From: a virus
DNA: 64,000 nucleotides
Virus record (IMG/VR): IMGVR_UViG_3300046002_005110
Span: 1-64,000 of that record
Direction: 5' to 3' (one strand)
Below the pieces are notes generated by a model. The model was not told the origin of the DNA, searched no databases, and saw nothing but the letters and a program-made list of their open reading frames with translations. The translations under genes and the position numbers were made by a program. Shown here piece by piece: positions 40,637 through 56,100 of this stretch (the stretch's first letter is position 1; each line of letters begins with the position of its first letter).

Positions 40637-43600
40637 ATGGCAACATCATCTCGCCAAAGCGCGCTTTTTGGATTGGCTGATTGGAAAAGATTCTATCAGA
40701 CTTATAGACAGGCTGACTTTTCATCATATGATTATGAAACATTACGAAAAAGCTTCATTGATTATCTGACTATATATTATCCAGAAACGTTTAACGATTA
40801 CATTGAATCCAGTGAATTTGTTGCACTATTGGATGTTATGGCCTTTATGGGTCAAGGATTAGCGTTTCGTGACGATTTAAACACTCGTGAAAACTTTATT
40901 GATACGGCAGAACGTAGAGATTCTGTTATAAAATTAGCAAACTTAGTTAGTTATAACCCAAAACGTAATACAGAAGCCAATGGTTTAGTGAAACTAACTG
41001 CCGTTAGTACTACAGAAAGTATATTTGATATCAATGGAGTTAGTTTAGGAAATAATACTGTATTGTGGAATGACTCGGCAAATTCCAACTGGCAAGAACA
41101 ATTTAATACTATTTTAAATGCTACATATGTTAATAGTCAACGTGTTGGTCGTCCAGGAAATAGTCAAGATATTCTTGGAATTCAAACAGAAGAATATACT
41201 GTAAATATTATACCAAATCAAAATCCAGTGGTTCCATATATAACTCAAGTAAACGGAGTATTAACTAATTTTGAATTAGTTAGTGTCACTAGCATCAATA
41301 AAGATTATCTATATGAATTATCACCAGCCCCAAATGGTCAATTTAATATGGTATATCGTAATGATAAGTTAGGATATGGTAGTCCAAATACTGGATTTTT
41401 CTTCTATTTTAAACAAGGTACATTACAAAGTTATGATTTTTATTTTGCTGAAAAAATTCAAAATAATTTTCAAAACGTAGATATACCTGGTATTAATAAT
41501 ACTGATACCTGGTTATATAAAGTAAACAATGATGGTACCAACGGTGATCAATGGAATTTAGTTGATAATATTTTTACAACTAATTACAATAGTCAAGTAA
41601 ATAGTTTAAATTCAATATTCAGTGTAGTATCAAGAACCAATGATCAAGTAAGTTATGTATTTGGAGATGGTGTATTTGGAGAAATTCCAGTTGGCAATTA
41701 TAGAGCTTATGTAAGAGCTGGAAATTCATTAACCTATAGTATTGATCCAAGTGAAATGAATGGAATTGTAGTTAATATTCCATATGTAAGTCGTCAAAAT
41801 ACAAATGAAATATTAACAATAACATTTAGTTTACAAACAGTTAATAGTACGGCTCAAGCTCGTGAAAGTATACTTAATATTAAAGAACGTGCACCAGCAC
41901 GTTATTATACTCAAAATCGTATGGTTAATGGAGAAGATTATAGTAATTTCCCATTTACTTTATACAATAGTATTATCAAAAGTTCGGCTCTTAATCGTAG
42001 TAGTATTGGTGTAAGTAGAAATATTGATCTATTAGATCCAACTGGAAAATATAGTAGTACTAACGTATTTGCTGATGATGGTGCATTATATACTGATCAA
42101 TTAGATAAAAATGTGACATTCTCAACTCAAAATATTAATTTTGCAATTGAATTTCTATCAATAACTTTACCATCATTTTTAAGCAGTTCACCAACTATTC
42201 AATATTATCAAGAATATTATCCAAGATATACTGGATATTATCCAGGACCAGAATCAGATGATCATAGATGTTATTGGAATGAAACTACACTTGATGGATC
42301 AAATGTAACTGGATATTTTTACGTAAAATTATCATCTGGTGTTAATATACCAATATCTTTGGGAACTTACAGTACATATTCAATGAGATATATTACTCAG
42401 GGTGCACAACTTAAATTTGTAAGTCCACCAGGATTTTATTTTGATGTTAATAACAGATTACAACAAGGTATTCCAAATTACAACAACGGTGATCATACCA
42501 GTATATGGGTTGGTGTAAATGGAGTTATAGGAGATGGTTATAATTTTGGAGATGGTAATTTGTCTACGGGCATTGGACCAGTTACATTAAATTCATATAT
42601 ACCAACGGGAGCATATTTAGATCCGGATCAATCAATACCAACTGGAATAATTCCTCAATTTGATAATACTTTCAACACTGTTTTGACTACACAAATTCTT
42701 GATTTGATAAATCTCAAACAAGATTTTGCACTTAACTATGATAATAGTATTTTAATTAATCAAGAACGTTGGTCTATTGTACAACCAATACCTACTAATC
42801 CAACTTCAACTGATTACTTTGTTAAATTTGTTAGTGATAGTATTAATAATTCATATCTTGTCACTATTAAAAATGTTAACTATTATTTTGCATCTGTAGA
42901 TCAAGTTAGATTTACATTCGATGGAACACAACGAGTATATGATCAACGTAGTGGTCAAGTATTTTCTGATTTTGTAAATATATTTAAAACAAATTCCAAT
43001 TCTACTAATACCAGTACACTAGGTGAAGATTACATTTTAAATGTCACTGGACAACCAGCACAAAGTGATGGAATGCCAGATGATTATCAAATTACAGTAA
43101 GTAGTATTAATTTAATTAGTGGTTACACATATGATCCTGATTTTTTTAATACTATAGTTGGTTCAAGTTCAACTGCTTATGTATTTTTTAAAATATTTTC
43201 CGATATTAATGATTTATATAGAACTCAAGTTTTACCAGTTGGTTCAGTGATATATGCCTATTCAACTCAAAATCAAGTTTTAAATGTAATATATGAATAT
43301 CCTACTGAAACATTATTCTATTGCATCAATGGAAGCATTACTAATCCAGTTCCAACTTTCTATCAATCTGTTGTTGTTCCTGGAACACAACCTCCAGTTC
43401 TCATTTTAAATGATGTTAGTTCATCATATACGGTTACTAGAGGACGTGGTGGAATTAACTTTCAATATCGTCATAATAGTGACAATACTACAAGAATTGA
43501 TCCGGCCACTACAAACATCATTGATTTGTATTTGGTTACACAATCATATTATACTCAGTTTCAAAATTGGCTTAATGATAGTACTGGAACTGTTCCTTTA

Positions 43601-44071
43601 CCACCTAAACCAACTATTCAAGAACTTCAACAGGCTTATGGAGAATTAGATAGTTATAAAATGATCAGTGATAGTGTGATTTTAAATAGTGTAAACTTCA
43701 AACCATTATTTGGAACAAAAGCTGCTCCTGCATTACGAGGAACAATTAAAGTTATTAAAAATCCTACAACAACTGTTAGTGATAGTCAAATTCGTAGTAG
43801 TGTTTTGGCTGCGCTTAATAGTTATTTTACAATTAATAATTGGGATTTTGGTGATACTTTCTACTTCAGTGAACTTACGGCCTATCTACATGTTCAATTG
43901 GGATCATTAATTAGTTCAGTAGTATTAGTACCTGCTAATCCTAATCAATCATTTGGTGATTTATATGAGATTTTAAGCGGCCCAAGCGAAATTTTCTGTA
44001 ACGGTGCCACGGCTAATGATATTATTGTAATTAGTGCATTGACTCCATCGGCTTTACAAAGAACAATGTAA
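40637..44071 (+). CDS. gp6: Baseplate wedge subunit (gp6-like)
   Basis: FNDYIESSEF, ENFIDTAERRDSV, FGDGVFG, RYYTQNRMVNGEDY, WDFGDTFY. Confidence 0.88.
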   Translation: MATSSRQSALFGLADWKRFYQTYRQADFSSYDYETLRKSFIDYLTIYYPETFNDYIESSEFVALLDVMAFMGQGLAFRDDLNTRENFIDTAERRDSVIKLANLVSYNPKRNTEANGLVKLTAVSTTESIFDINGVSLGNNTVLWNDSANSNWQEQFNTILNATYVNSQRVGRPGNSQDILGIQTEEYTVNIIPNQNPVVPYITQVNGVLTNFELVSVTSINKDYLYELSPAPNGQFNMVYRNDKLGYGSPNTGFFFYFKQGTLQSYDFYFAEKIQNNFQNVDIPGINNTDTWLYKVNNDGTNGDQWNLVDNIFTTNYNSQVNSLNSIFSVVSRTNDQVSYVFGDGVFGEIPVGNYRAYVRAGNSLTYSIDPSEMNGIVVNIPYVSRQNTNEILTITFSLQTVNSTAQARESILNIKERAPARYYTQNRMVNGEDYSNFPFTLYNSIIKSSALNRSSIGVSRNIDLLDPTGKYSSTNVFADDGALYTDQLDKNVTFSTQNINFAIEFLSITLPSFLSSSPTIQYYQEYYPRYTGYYPGPESDDHRCYWNETTLDGSNVTGYFYVKLSSGVNIPISLGTYSTYSMRYITQGAQLKFVSPPGFYFDVNNRLQQGIPNYNNGDHTSIWVGVNGVIGDGYNFGDGNLSTGIGPVTLNSYIPTGAYLDPDQSIPTGIIPQFDNTFNTVLTTQILDLINLKQDFALNYDNSILINQERWSIVQPIPTNPTSTDYFVKFVSDSINNSYLVTIKNVNYYFASVDQVRFTFDGTQRVYDQRSGQVFSDFVNIFKTNSNSTNTSTLGEDYILNVTGQPAQSDGMPDDYQITVSSINLISGYTYDPDFFNTIVGSSSTAYVFFKIFSDINDLYRTQVLPVGSVIYAYSTQNQVLNVIYEYPTETLFYCINGSITNPVPTFYQSVVVPGTQPPVLILNDVSSSYTVTRGRGGINFQYRHNSDNTTRIDPATTNIIDLYLVTQSYYTQFQNWLNDSTGTVPLPPKPTIQELQQAYGELDSYKMISDSVILNSVNFKPLFGTKAAPALRGTIKVIKNPTTTVSDSQIRSSVLAALNSYFTINNWDFGDTFYFSELTAYLHVQLGSLISSVVLVPANPNQSFGDLYEILSGPSEIFCNGATANDIIVISALTPSALQRTM

Positions 44072-44118
44072 TTTAAATTTTTCTGACTGATATAGATAAA
44101 TTAGTCGTTTTTTGTAGT

Positions 44119-44126
44119 GATAAATA
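44119..44126 (+). promoter_or_regulatory. Late promoter GATAAATA
   Basis: 28 nt upstream of ATG 44155. Confidence 0.65.
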
Positions 44127-44154
44127 GTAGATACAGTAATGGATAATATAAAAA

Positions 44155-47100
44155 ATGGCAACAAAAATTCGGTCACTTGATTTTCTTCCTGAAGTTTTTA
44201 GAACTGACAGTAATGCTCAGTTTCTTGCCGCAACATTAGATCAGTTGGTACAACAACCTGATCTACGTAGAGTTGAAGGATTTATTGGTCAAAAATATGG
44301 CTATTCTATTAACCCAACTGATCGTTATGTAGTTGAACCATCAAAAATCCGCTATGATTATCAATTGAATCCAAGTGTTGTATTCTTAAAAACTGATACT
44401 CAAACTGCAAAAGATTTTATTAATTATCCTGGTATGTTAAATGCTTTACAAAATAATGGGGCAATTACCGATAATAATAATAGATTATTTGAAAGTGAAT
44501 ATTATAGTTGGGATAGTTTTGCTGATCTAGATAAGATTGTTAACTATAGTCAATATTATTGGTTACCATATGGTCCAGATGCCGTAACTGTATCAACCAA
44601 CACAATTTATCTATCAGACAATTATATTGTATCCTACAGTGATACTGGATATACAATTAATGATTCAGTACAAAAAAATCCATCTATAACATTGTTACGT
44701 GGTGGTACATATACATTTGAAGTAAATCAATCATCACAATTCTGGATTCAAGGTGTTCCAGGAACTTCTGGATATGGTGCAAGTTCTAATACTAGTACTA
44801 GAGATGTATTAGGAGTATTAAATAATGGAGATTCCATTGGCACTGTTACGTTTGAAGTTCCATTAAAAGATGCTCAATCACAATATGATTTGCCCGGAAA
44901 CAATACAGTTGATATTGTTTCTACACTAACATATGCAGAAATTAACGGTCAAACATCGACATCAATTGGAAATATTGATGGTGTAACTCAGTTAAATGGT
45001 AGAACATTAATGTTCTATGATAATGGTGAATCAAGTTCACAAATTAATTTTTATTCAATATCAGTAAATTCAATAACTGATATCGTTACATTAACATTAA
45101 GTACTGGAATTCCAGATTCTCAAAAAATTACAGTAACTAGCGGTACTACATATGTTGGTAGAACATTCTATCGTGATGGTACCGGTACAATTCAATTGAT
45201 ACCATATCTTTCGGCAGTATTAGATACATTATATTATCAAGATGGGTCAAATCCACTTAATGTTGGTGTTATTAATTTAATAGAAAATAATACTACTAAT
45301 AGTATTAACATTGATCAAATTTTAGGTAAGACAAATTATACAAGTCCAAATGGTGTTACATTTATCAATGGTCTTAAAGTTATATTTGAAGGATCTACAG
45401 TCCCATCAACATATCAAAATAATGAATATTATGTTGAAGGTGTAGGTACTGCAATCAATCTATTATTAGTTAATGATTTTCGTAGTGTAGAAAGCGATGA
45501 TCCAGGATCATATTATCCTTGGGATTATTATAATTGGGACGATAAAGAATGGGATCAATCAAATGAGGTACCATTATATCCGGATTATATAACAATCAAT
45601 AGAAATAGTCGTGATTTAAATGCCTGGTCTAGAAGTAATCGTTGGTTTAATATTCAAGTTATTAATGCCACTATCGCTTATAATGGTACATTAACATTAA
45701 TATCTGGAAATACTAGTACTCGTGCTCAACGTCCTATTATTGAATTTTATGGGAATCTTGGTCTTTATAATAGTGGAACAAAATCTTTAGGTTTCGTTTC
45801 ATTATTTGATAATACAACAACTGATGCCTTTACTCAAATAGTTGGACAATCATCATATACTATTGATGGTCAACCATTAGTTTCTGGTCAAACAATTATT
45901 TTTAATCATGATACTAATAATTTAGTTCGTCAAAACATATATGAAGTTTCTTTTGCACCAGTTGGTACAGGAAATTCAAATGTAATTGCACTTAATATTG
46001 TAGAAACTGCACAAGATAAAAATCAAGTTACTATCATATCTGGTACATTATGGAAATCAACAAGTTGGAGATTTAATTCTGTAGATTCTAGATGGATTCA
46101 ATGTCAACAAAAATCAACAGTTAATCAGGCCCCATTATTTAACATATATGATATAAATGACATATCACTTAGTGATCAATTATACTATAATGGTTCAACA
46201 TTTGCGGGAACAAAATTATTTTCGTACACTGTTGGTACAGGACCAAATGATCCAATATTAGGTTTTCCAATTAGTTATTCAAGCTCGGTTAGTATTGGTG
46301 ACATTAATTTCACTGTCAATCTAAATGAAGATACATTTAGCTATCAACAAAACGATAATATTATTGAATCAAACATTAATATTGGTTATGTATATGACTA
46401 TATCACTGCTGATATACCAACTAAAAAAACTGGATGGGTAACCGCATATACTGAAAGTTCTCAATATCAAGTATTTCAATTTACAGTTACTCAACCAACA
46501 CAAAGTTCCTTTCAATGTGATGTGTTAGTAAAAACTGATTCAATTGTTGATCCACATCATGTATATGTCAATGATGTTGAACTGAGTGATGATTCTGAAT
46601 ATACTTTTACTACTAATAGTTTTAATAATACAACAACCGTTACATTGACAACTGCGGCAGTCAGTGGTGATAAAATTACCATTACATTGCTTAGTGATCA
46701 AGTTAGTAAAACTGGGTATTATGAAATTCCAAGTAATTTACAAAATAATCCATTCAATTCAAATATTACCACAGTTAACGTTGGTGATATTAAAAATCAA
46801 TATGATTCAATAGTTCAAAATACGTTTGGCGTAATTGGACCAGTATTTGGTCCTAATAATGTTTATAACCTAGGAAACTTAAACAGATACGGTACGGCAA
46901 TTATTCAAAATAGTGCCAGTTTGATATTACCTGGTGTATTTTTACGTAAACCTGGATATAATATATTTGAAGCATTACAATTCAACAGTGATCAATATAC
47001 AAATTTTAAAACATTGTTGATTAATTTAACTGATCAAAACGATTTTACAGTATATACCACTCCATCTACAATGTTGGATACAATTCTTTATCAAATTTCA

Positions 47101-50100
47101 AGTACCAGAAACAGTACAAATGCATTCTTCTGGAGTGACATGTTATATACTGGTAGTCCATATAGAACTAATAGTTATCCATTTAATGTTACATTATCTA
47201 CTATTACTTTACCAACGTATAGAACATATGATTTTACATCAGCCAACTATTATGGGTTGGGTGTTTATATTACTACAACAGTTAATGGTCAGACAGTAAC
47301 TAATCAATTAATACGTGGTGTGGATTATATTGTTAGTGATATTAGTCCAAATTTAACAATAACATATGATATTGTTGTTGGTGATACTATTACAATTAAT
47401 GAATATAATCAAACATATGGAACATATTGTCCCAATACACCAACTAAATTAGGATTATACCCAAGTTTTATTCCGAGTGTTATTTTAGACAATACTTATA
47501 CTACACCAACCTATTTTATTTTAGGACACGATGGTAGTTATACAAAACTTTATGGTGATTATATTGATGAAGAATTATCTGATTTTCGTGATAAAGTTTT
47601 ATTAGAATTTGAAACTAGAATTTATAATAACTTAAAAGTTGTTGGTGATATACCATTACCAGCTGATGAAGTTATTCCAGGACAATTTAGAACCACTGAA
47701 TATTCACAGAGTGAAATTTTAGATATATATAGAACCAATTTCTTAAAATGGGTTGGTTTAAATCGTATTGATTATAAAACACAACAATATAATAGATCAA
47801 ATCAGTTTTCATATAACTACAATCAAAGTACAAACATACTTAACAGTGAAATATTAAAACAAGGTTATTGGAGAGGTGTATATAATTGGTTCTATGATAC
47901 TAGTAATCCAGCAGATGCCCCATGGGAAATGTTAGGATTGACCAGTGAACCAAGTTGGTGGACTGATAGATATGGTGCCGCCCCATATACTAGTGATAAT
48001 ACATATATGTGGCAAGAAATTAGTGAAGGTTATGTATGGAACAATGGTGATAGTTATATTAATCCATTGAAAGTTAGACCAGAATTATTAAGAGTATTGC
48101 CAGTAAATTCGGCCGGAACATTACAATCACCATTACCAACTGTAGTTGGTAACTATGATTCATTTACATTTGATCGTAATTGGATTGTTGGCGATCAAGG
48201 ACCGGCTGAAACTTCATATCTACGTAGTAGTTCATATCCATTTGATTTAATGCGTATATTGGCATTAACTAAACCAGCAAAATTCTTTAACTTAAATGTT
48301 GATCGTGACTTGTACAAATATAATACTGAATTCAATCAATATTTGTATAATGATCGTTATCATTTAAATCCACAAGATATTATAGTATATGGCAATGGTG
48401 TAAGTAAAGCTAGTTATATCAATTGGGTAGTTGATTACATTAATCAACGTGGTGTTGATGGTACAACTGAAGTTACTACTACATTAAAAAATCTAGATGT
48501 CAGATTAACATATAATCTAGCTGGATTTAGTAGTAAAAATTACTTGAAATTTTTGATTGAAAAATCAACACCAAATACTCAAAATACAACATTATTAATT
48601 CCTGACAATAGTTATAGCGTCTTGTTGTACGACAATGTATCAGAAGATAAAATTGTATATAGTTCAGTTATTGTACAACGTACTAGTGATGGTTATACAG
48701 TTTGGGGTAATAGTCAAAGTGATCCATTTTTTAATATGGCTGTGCCCAAGGCCGGATTTACACAAACATTAACGGTGAATAATCTTTCAGTTACAGTTAA
48801 TAATGAATTTTATACAGACAAAATCACTACAATTCCATATGGTAATTTATATTATACTGTTCAGGGAGTTAGTGAATTTCTTAAAGCATATGGTCAATAT
48901 CTAGTAGATCAAGGTATGATTTTTGGTTATGTAATTGATACTATTACATATAATTGGGATCAAATGATTCGTGAGTTTTTGCATTGGGCAGAACAAAGTT
49001 GGGAAGTTGGTAGTACTATTAATTTAAATCCATCTGCTAAAATTGCTACTGTTAATAGACCTGGATTAGTGGTTCAGCCATTGACAATTCAACAAGATAA
49101 TTTTATTTTAAATCAAAATCTAATACCATTACAAAGTCAAAATGCTAGTATTGTAAGAGAAAATGAAAGTTTTACTGTTGGTGTATTAACTGATGGGGAT
49201 AGTATTGCTCTTACAAATCTTAATTTATCTAGTATGGAACATGCAGTGGTGTTTGATAATTATACCGTATTCAATGATACAATTTATGATTTAGTTACTG
49301 GATTACGTCAACAAAGATTATTATTACAGGGTTACAAATCTGGTGAATGGAATGGTTATGTTAATGCCAGCGGATTTATTATTAATGAAGATAATATTCA
49401 AGAATGGTTACCAAACATTAAGTATGCCAGTGGAAAAATTGTAACTTATAAAAATAAATATTGGGTTGCTAATCAATTGATTCAACCACAATCAGAATTC
49501 TTTGATGAACAATGGACTCAAACAACATACGATAAAATTAAAACTGGATTATTACCTAATCCTAGCACTAATGCATATGAAAGTTTGTATTATTATGACA
49601 GTACTAGAGCAAACTTTGAACTAGATGCCGATCTATTATCATTTAGTCTAATCGGTTATAGACCAAGACAATATCTCGCTGATGCAGAATTAAGCGATAT
49701 TACTCAAATTGGTGTTTATAAAAACATCATTAAAGAAAAAGGAACCAACTTAATAGCAAATGCTTTTAAGAGTGCAAATTTGGCTCAAGGTAAAATTGAT
49801 TATAATGTAAAAGAAAATTGGGCAGTTAAAACTAGTGTATTTGGTAGTGTATCTAACAGTAATTTTGTTGAATGTTTATTGATTCAGAATGAATTAACTG
49901 GTAATCCAACACTATTGGGATTCTCAGATAATGGGTCTGTAAGCGGTGTTCAACAAACAGTAATGATGAATGAAATCATTAACTGGAATATGCCACCAAT
50001 TTCTGCAAATTTCTTACCGCCATTTAATGATGTTTATTCATATGAGCGTGGTTTACCCAGCGCCGGATATGTCAATCTAAATGATGTAAAATTTAAAGCC

Positions 50101-53100
50101 TTTGAACTTACTGATTTAAACAATACATTTGACACAACTAACATAGATACATTGTATCGTAATGATAATATTTGGATTGCCAAATATCGTGGAAGTTGGA
50201 ATGTATTTACTCCACAAACAGTCAATACACAAGTAATAAGTATTATTAATAATTTAAATAATACAATTACTGTTAACTTTGGAAAAAATCCAAATTTGGC
50301 AAAATATGATCCAATCGCTATTGTTAATTTTGACTCCAGAATAAATGGTTATTACGAAGTTTTAGCAGTGAATTCATTAACCAGTGTAATTATTGCAAAA
50401 GTATTAGATACTGCCGTATTACAATTACAAGGTAATGGTTTAGCTTTTAAATTAGTATCTAGAAGATTTACTCAAGCAAGTGATCAAGTATACAGTACAG
50501 TATTTAATAGTGAATACTATAATAAAAAATCTTGGATTGATAGAGATGTAGACAATCAATGGGCTGTATGGTCATGTGGTCCAAACTTTACTGAGATTAA
50601 TATTGATTCTTCTGAATTAAATTTACAAGATTTTGGTAGTAGTGTCGCTTACAGTACAGAAATAGGATATGTCGGTGCTAGTGCAATTGATGGAACAATC
50701 TATCGTTATTATACTGACAGTACTACTAGTCAATCAATAACTCAAACTATATCTCAGACCAATTCAACATTTGGTACAGCAATGGTTGCAGTAGGTGATT
50801 ATTTGTATGTTAGTGATGAACTTAATAATCTTGTTTATGTATATCTAGTAATTTATCCAAGTAAATATATTACTTTATATACGACTATTAGTCAAGAAAC
50901 TACTGGACAAATAACAGTTAGTGAAGATAGACAGTGGTTATATATTTCAAACGTTACTAATAAAACAATAGCGGTTTGGGCATTGATGTCCAATGGTAAT
51001 TATGATTATGTTAGTACTATTACTGGTCCAAGTACGGCAATCGGATTTGGAACCTCAATCGCTACTAGTATAGATGGAGTTAAATTAATTGTAGGTGCCC
51101 CATTAGAAAGTTTAGTAACTAGTGAATCAACTCAATTGACTGCATCTGGCGCTGTTTATATATATACTAGAAGTGTACAAAGATTCATGGCTAATGGAAT
51201 CAGTGATACCTATACAGTTAATGAAACTATTCCTAATTCTATAGCTGATGTATTAATTGATGATGTATTAACTAGTGATGTAATTGTCTATTCCGATGGC
51301 AGAATTATATTTAATATAATACCAGTCTATGGTAGTATTATTGAAGTAAGTTATGGTGAAATGAATCTCGTTACTAAATTATTGAGTAGTAATCCAATAG
51401 TTGGTGGTAATTTTGGTACTAGTGTATCTACTAACAAATATGGTGCTCAACTAGTAATTGGATGTCCAAGTGAATTACAGACTGTAAACAATGTATCAAA
51501 CGTACAGGGCGCAGTCTATCGTTTTACTAATGGCGGACAACAATATGGATCTATAGTTGGATCAGTTAGTGGGTTAGTTAGTGGATATTTTTTCATTGAT
51601 GGATTTAAAGTAAGTTATTCTGGAACTGCTAGTGAAATAGCTCAATCGATTAATACTCAAACTCCAACCAATATTATAGCTGCCGCTAGTGGTAATATAC
51701 TTCAAATTGGGGTTATAAACAATACAGTAGAAACTATTAATAATATTATTGATATTACTGGACCAGAATCTAATCTTGCTGATTTGGGATTAACATTGTA
51801 TGTTAATACACAAGTAATGGTTAATCCAAATTTACCAACAATTGGAAGTTTTGGAACTGTAGTATCTATGGGAACTCGCGACAGTTTGGTAGTCAGTGAC
51901 CCAACTGCTACAGTATATGCTGAAACAACATTTGATTATAATACAGTTGACCCAACAGTCTGTAATCCTATTATATCAATTAATAATTTTACTATTTTTG
52001 ATCATGGAGCTACAGCATTTATTGACACATTTGCAAACACTGGTGTAGTATATGAATTTGATTATCTACCGGCGGCTGATGAAAGTATTATAAATCCTGG
52101 AAAATATGTATTTGGTCAATATATTCAAAGTATAGATAGAACTGGAATAGCAAACACTCCAAAATTTGGAACCAGTGTAGTTGATAATGATGGTGTAATA
52201 GTTGTGGGTGCTCCAAATTGGTACAGTACTGGTACTGGAAGAATTTTTGGATATGTTAATTATTGTCAAACTAGTAGTTGGTATATAGATAAGAAACCAT
52301 TACCAATGGTCTCTGTTGAACGATTAAATAATATTTCTATCTATGATACTATTAGTAATAATACATTAGATTATCTAGATTATATTGATCCAATACAAGG
52401 AAAATTATTAGGTGCAGTTGAAACAAACTTAGATTATATAAGTTCAACTGATCCAGCCACATATTCTGATGGAATCGTGTGGAGTTTTGAACATATTGGT
52501 TCTACGTGGCTTGATACAACAAGTATTCGAATGTTGAATTATAATCAACCAAGTGCTACATATAACGCTAGTAATTGGGGTAAGGCATTTCCAGGAAGTA
52601 CGGCCGACATATACACTTGGGTAGGTAGTTCATTTCCTCCAATTCAATATAATGGTAGTGGATATGTAGTTGATTTTAATAGTTATACTACGATTCAAAG
52701 TTTAGATCGCTCAACCAATGCAATTGTTGTTGATTATTTCTTCTGGGTTAAGAATTATAATATTATACCTCCAGGAAAAACATTAAGTCCGTTGACTTTA
52801 AGTCAATATATACTTAACCCACTTAATAGTGGAATTAGTTTCTTGGCAGCAATTACTACTAACATTGTTGGATTATTTAATTGTGAAAGTAGTATCAATT
52901 CTTCATCTAGTGCTTTACATATTGGTTATCGTATTGGTAACACATTAGATCAAAAACATGAAAGTTGGACATTGATTCAAGAAAATAATGCAACTGATTT
53001 CTTAACTGGATTTCCAACAGAAAGTCAACAAGATCCAATTGGATTATATGCAAAATATCTAGATAGTTTTGCTGGACAAAATCGTCTTGGACTATATATA

Positions 53101-56100
53101 CCAAATTCAAAGTTGCCAATTTTGACTCGTTATGGTATTGATTATTCACAAAGTATGTTTATAGATCGCCCATTGGCTTTACAAAATTATGTTAACTATG
53201 CCAATCAAGTTCTAATTAAATTCCCTATTGCCGAAACTCGTAGTTTATATTTCTTAAACAAAGTTGGAGTTGGATATGATACAAGAGATTATTGGACATA
53301 TACTGATTGGTGGGCCACTGGATATAGTAGTAGTACAAAAATTGTATTAGAAGTAAACACAGTTACTGATCTACAAACACTTCAGCCAAATCAAATACTT
53401 CCAGGAACAGAACAAATTGTTATTGGATTAAAAGATGGAATTATTGTCAAAGTAAAAGCCAATTCACAGGGTAATAGCGAAGTGTGGACCTGGTATGAGG
53501 CTACTGGATGGGATAGAATTGGTTTACAAAACGGAACAATTCAATTATCAGATTCATTGTATAATACTCCAGTTAATTGGGATATTGGTGGATTTGATAT
53601 TGGATTATATGATGATACAGTATATGAAGAAACTTATTGGATCATTCGTTGGTTGAATGAAGAGGCTTATATAGAAGATTTGTTGATTGAACGTAATAAT
53701 AGTTTGATATTAATGTTTAATTATATTCAAAGTGAATCACTAGAACAACAAAATTATCTAACATGGCTTAATAAAACAAGTTTGATTGATGTTACTCATA
53801 CTGTTCGTGAATTGTTACCATACAAGAAATTTCAAAGAGATAATCAAGAATTCTTAAGCGGATATTTGAATGAGATCAAGCCATTTCATGTTAAGATTAA
53901 AGATTTCTTATTTGTATATCCTGGACAAGATACATTCTTAGGAGATGTAACTGACTTTGATTTACCTGCAAAATATGTACCAAGTATAGGACAATTTGAA
54001 ACTCCACAATTAGTATATACTACACCAAATTTATATTCCCCAGAATATTTACCTACTAGTACAGTATGGCAAGATCCAGAATATACACAGTGGTTTGAAA
54101 ATTATGGTTTGAATATTACTAATGAACGCGGACTTTATAATCTAACATCATTATCGGCCTATATTACTTCAAGTTCCACAATTATTCCGGTTAAAAATAC
54201 ATATGGAATGCCTGATGCTGGATTTATATATATTGGTGATGAGAAAATTTCTTATAGTAATGTCGATAAGTTACAAAATATATTGACAGATATTCAACGT
54301 GGTATTGACTCAACTCCAACTGATCATATGCCAAATGCAACAGTTAGTGCCATATTGCCAGCTGTAATTGTATTAGATAAAGCTCGCGGATATTCAGAAC
54401 CACCAGTAATTACTGTAATCAATAATAGTAATTATCCAAATCCAAGAACTGTTGCTCAGTTAGTTCCGATTATGATAAATGAATCATTGTTGGGAGTTCA
54501 GGTAATTAATTCAGGTTCAGGTTATGCTACTCAACCAATAATTGAAATTGAAAGTAGTTCAATATTCTCTACATTTGTCAGTACTGACGTTAATACGGTA
54601 TTTAATACTATCACTATAATAAATCATAGTTTTATTACTGGTGATTCAATTAAGTATACAATTGGATTGAATACAGTATCTCCAACAGGTTTGATCAATA
54701 ACAATTACTATTATGTTAGAGTAATTGATGTTAATACTATTGCTCTTTATTATTCAGTTAAGGGTGCTTATAACATTGACAAAACTAGTTTGATGGATTA
54801 TGAACGAGTTTCATTAGAAACACAAGGTTCTGGATCTGAAAATACATTAGCGGTTACTGCCAGAGCAGCAATATTAACCTCAAGTCAGCCAGTTAGAGAA
54901 TTAATGACTACTATTAAATTTGATAGAACAAGTTATGGTAGTTTAATCACTGAATGGAATAGTGGGCAAATTTATGCAGGAGAATTTACTGATATTGGTA
55001 AACTTGCAAGTTCAACATTGTTAACATCATCAAGTAGTCCATGGGAATATTTGTCATGGACTGGAACAAATTGGGACGCTGATTTATTAGCATCAGCTCA
55101 AGGTGCATCATTTCCGATAGTACAAGTGAGAAACTCATATGCATATGATGGTGCAGTACTTGTAGAATTAAATTATGGGTATACACCCGTAACTCCTGGA
55201 CAATTGAATGGGCAGAAGATTATTGCTTATGAAGTGAGTTCTACTGAATGGACTAATCCGATTAGTTACTATGTCAAAGTTATGACTACGACATTAGTAG
55301 AAATATATTATGATCCATTATTTAACTTTCCAGTGAAAATTGCCAACTTTAATTATACCTCAAATGATGTATTATTTTTAGAAGAGCCATTTACATTTAG
55401 TAAAAGTTTAGTAACATATGCTGGAAAATTATATCAATGTATAGTTAGTAATAATGATACAATATTTGATTATGATAAGTGGGAACAAATTTACAGTAAT
55501 AATTCAATATTGAACGCGGCCGATAGAATTGCTGCCTTTTATGAGCCAACTGCCAACATGACTGGACGTGATCTTAGACAGTTAATGAGTGGTGTGGTTT
55601 ATCCAAATGCTACTACAATTGGCGCCCCATTTAATTATAATGACGGTCAGTTGTATGATTCTGTTAATTTTGAATATTCATCATATGATGTTAATTCAAC
55701 GGCCGAACTTGATACAAATCTTCAATCTCCTGATTTTAACTATAATCAATTGACTAACCCAACTACATATGATGTTCAGGGTGGATCATTCAATGAAGGA
55801 TATGGACCAGAAGAATTGATTCCTGGTCTGGTAACTGATTTCTTACAATTTAATGTTACTACAAATCCAGATACATTAGGCCCAGGAAATTATTTGAATT
55901 TTAGAATTCAAGTTGATCAATTTGGTCAGAATTCAGTTTATAATCCCAATACATATCCATATGTAACATATGAATATGTCACTTCAGTTTATAATACCAA
56001 TCCATATACTCAAACATATTTGACACAAGATTTTGTCAGTACTAATAGTATAAGCGATGTATTACATGTTAACGATGCTAGTAAATTAGTAAGTACGTTA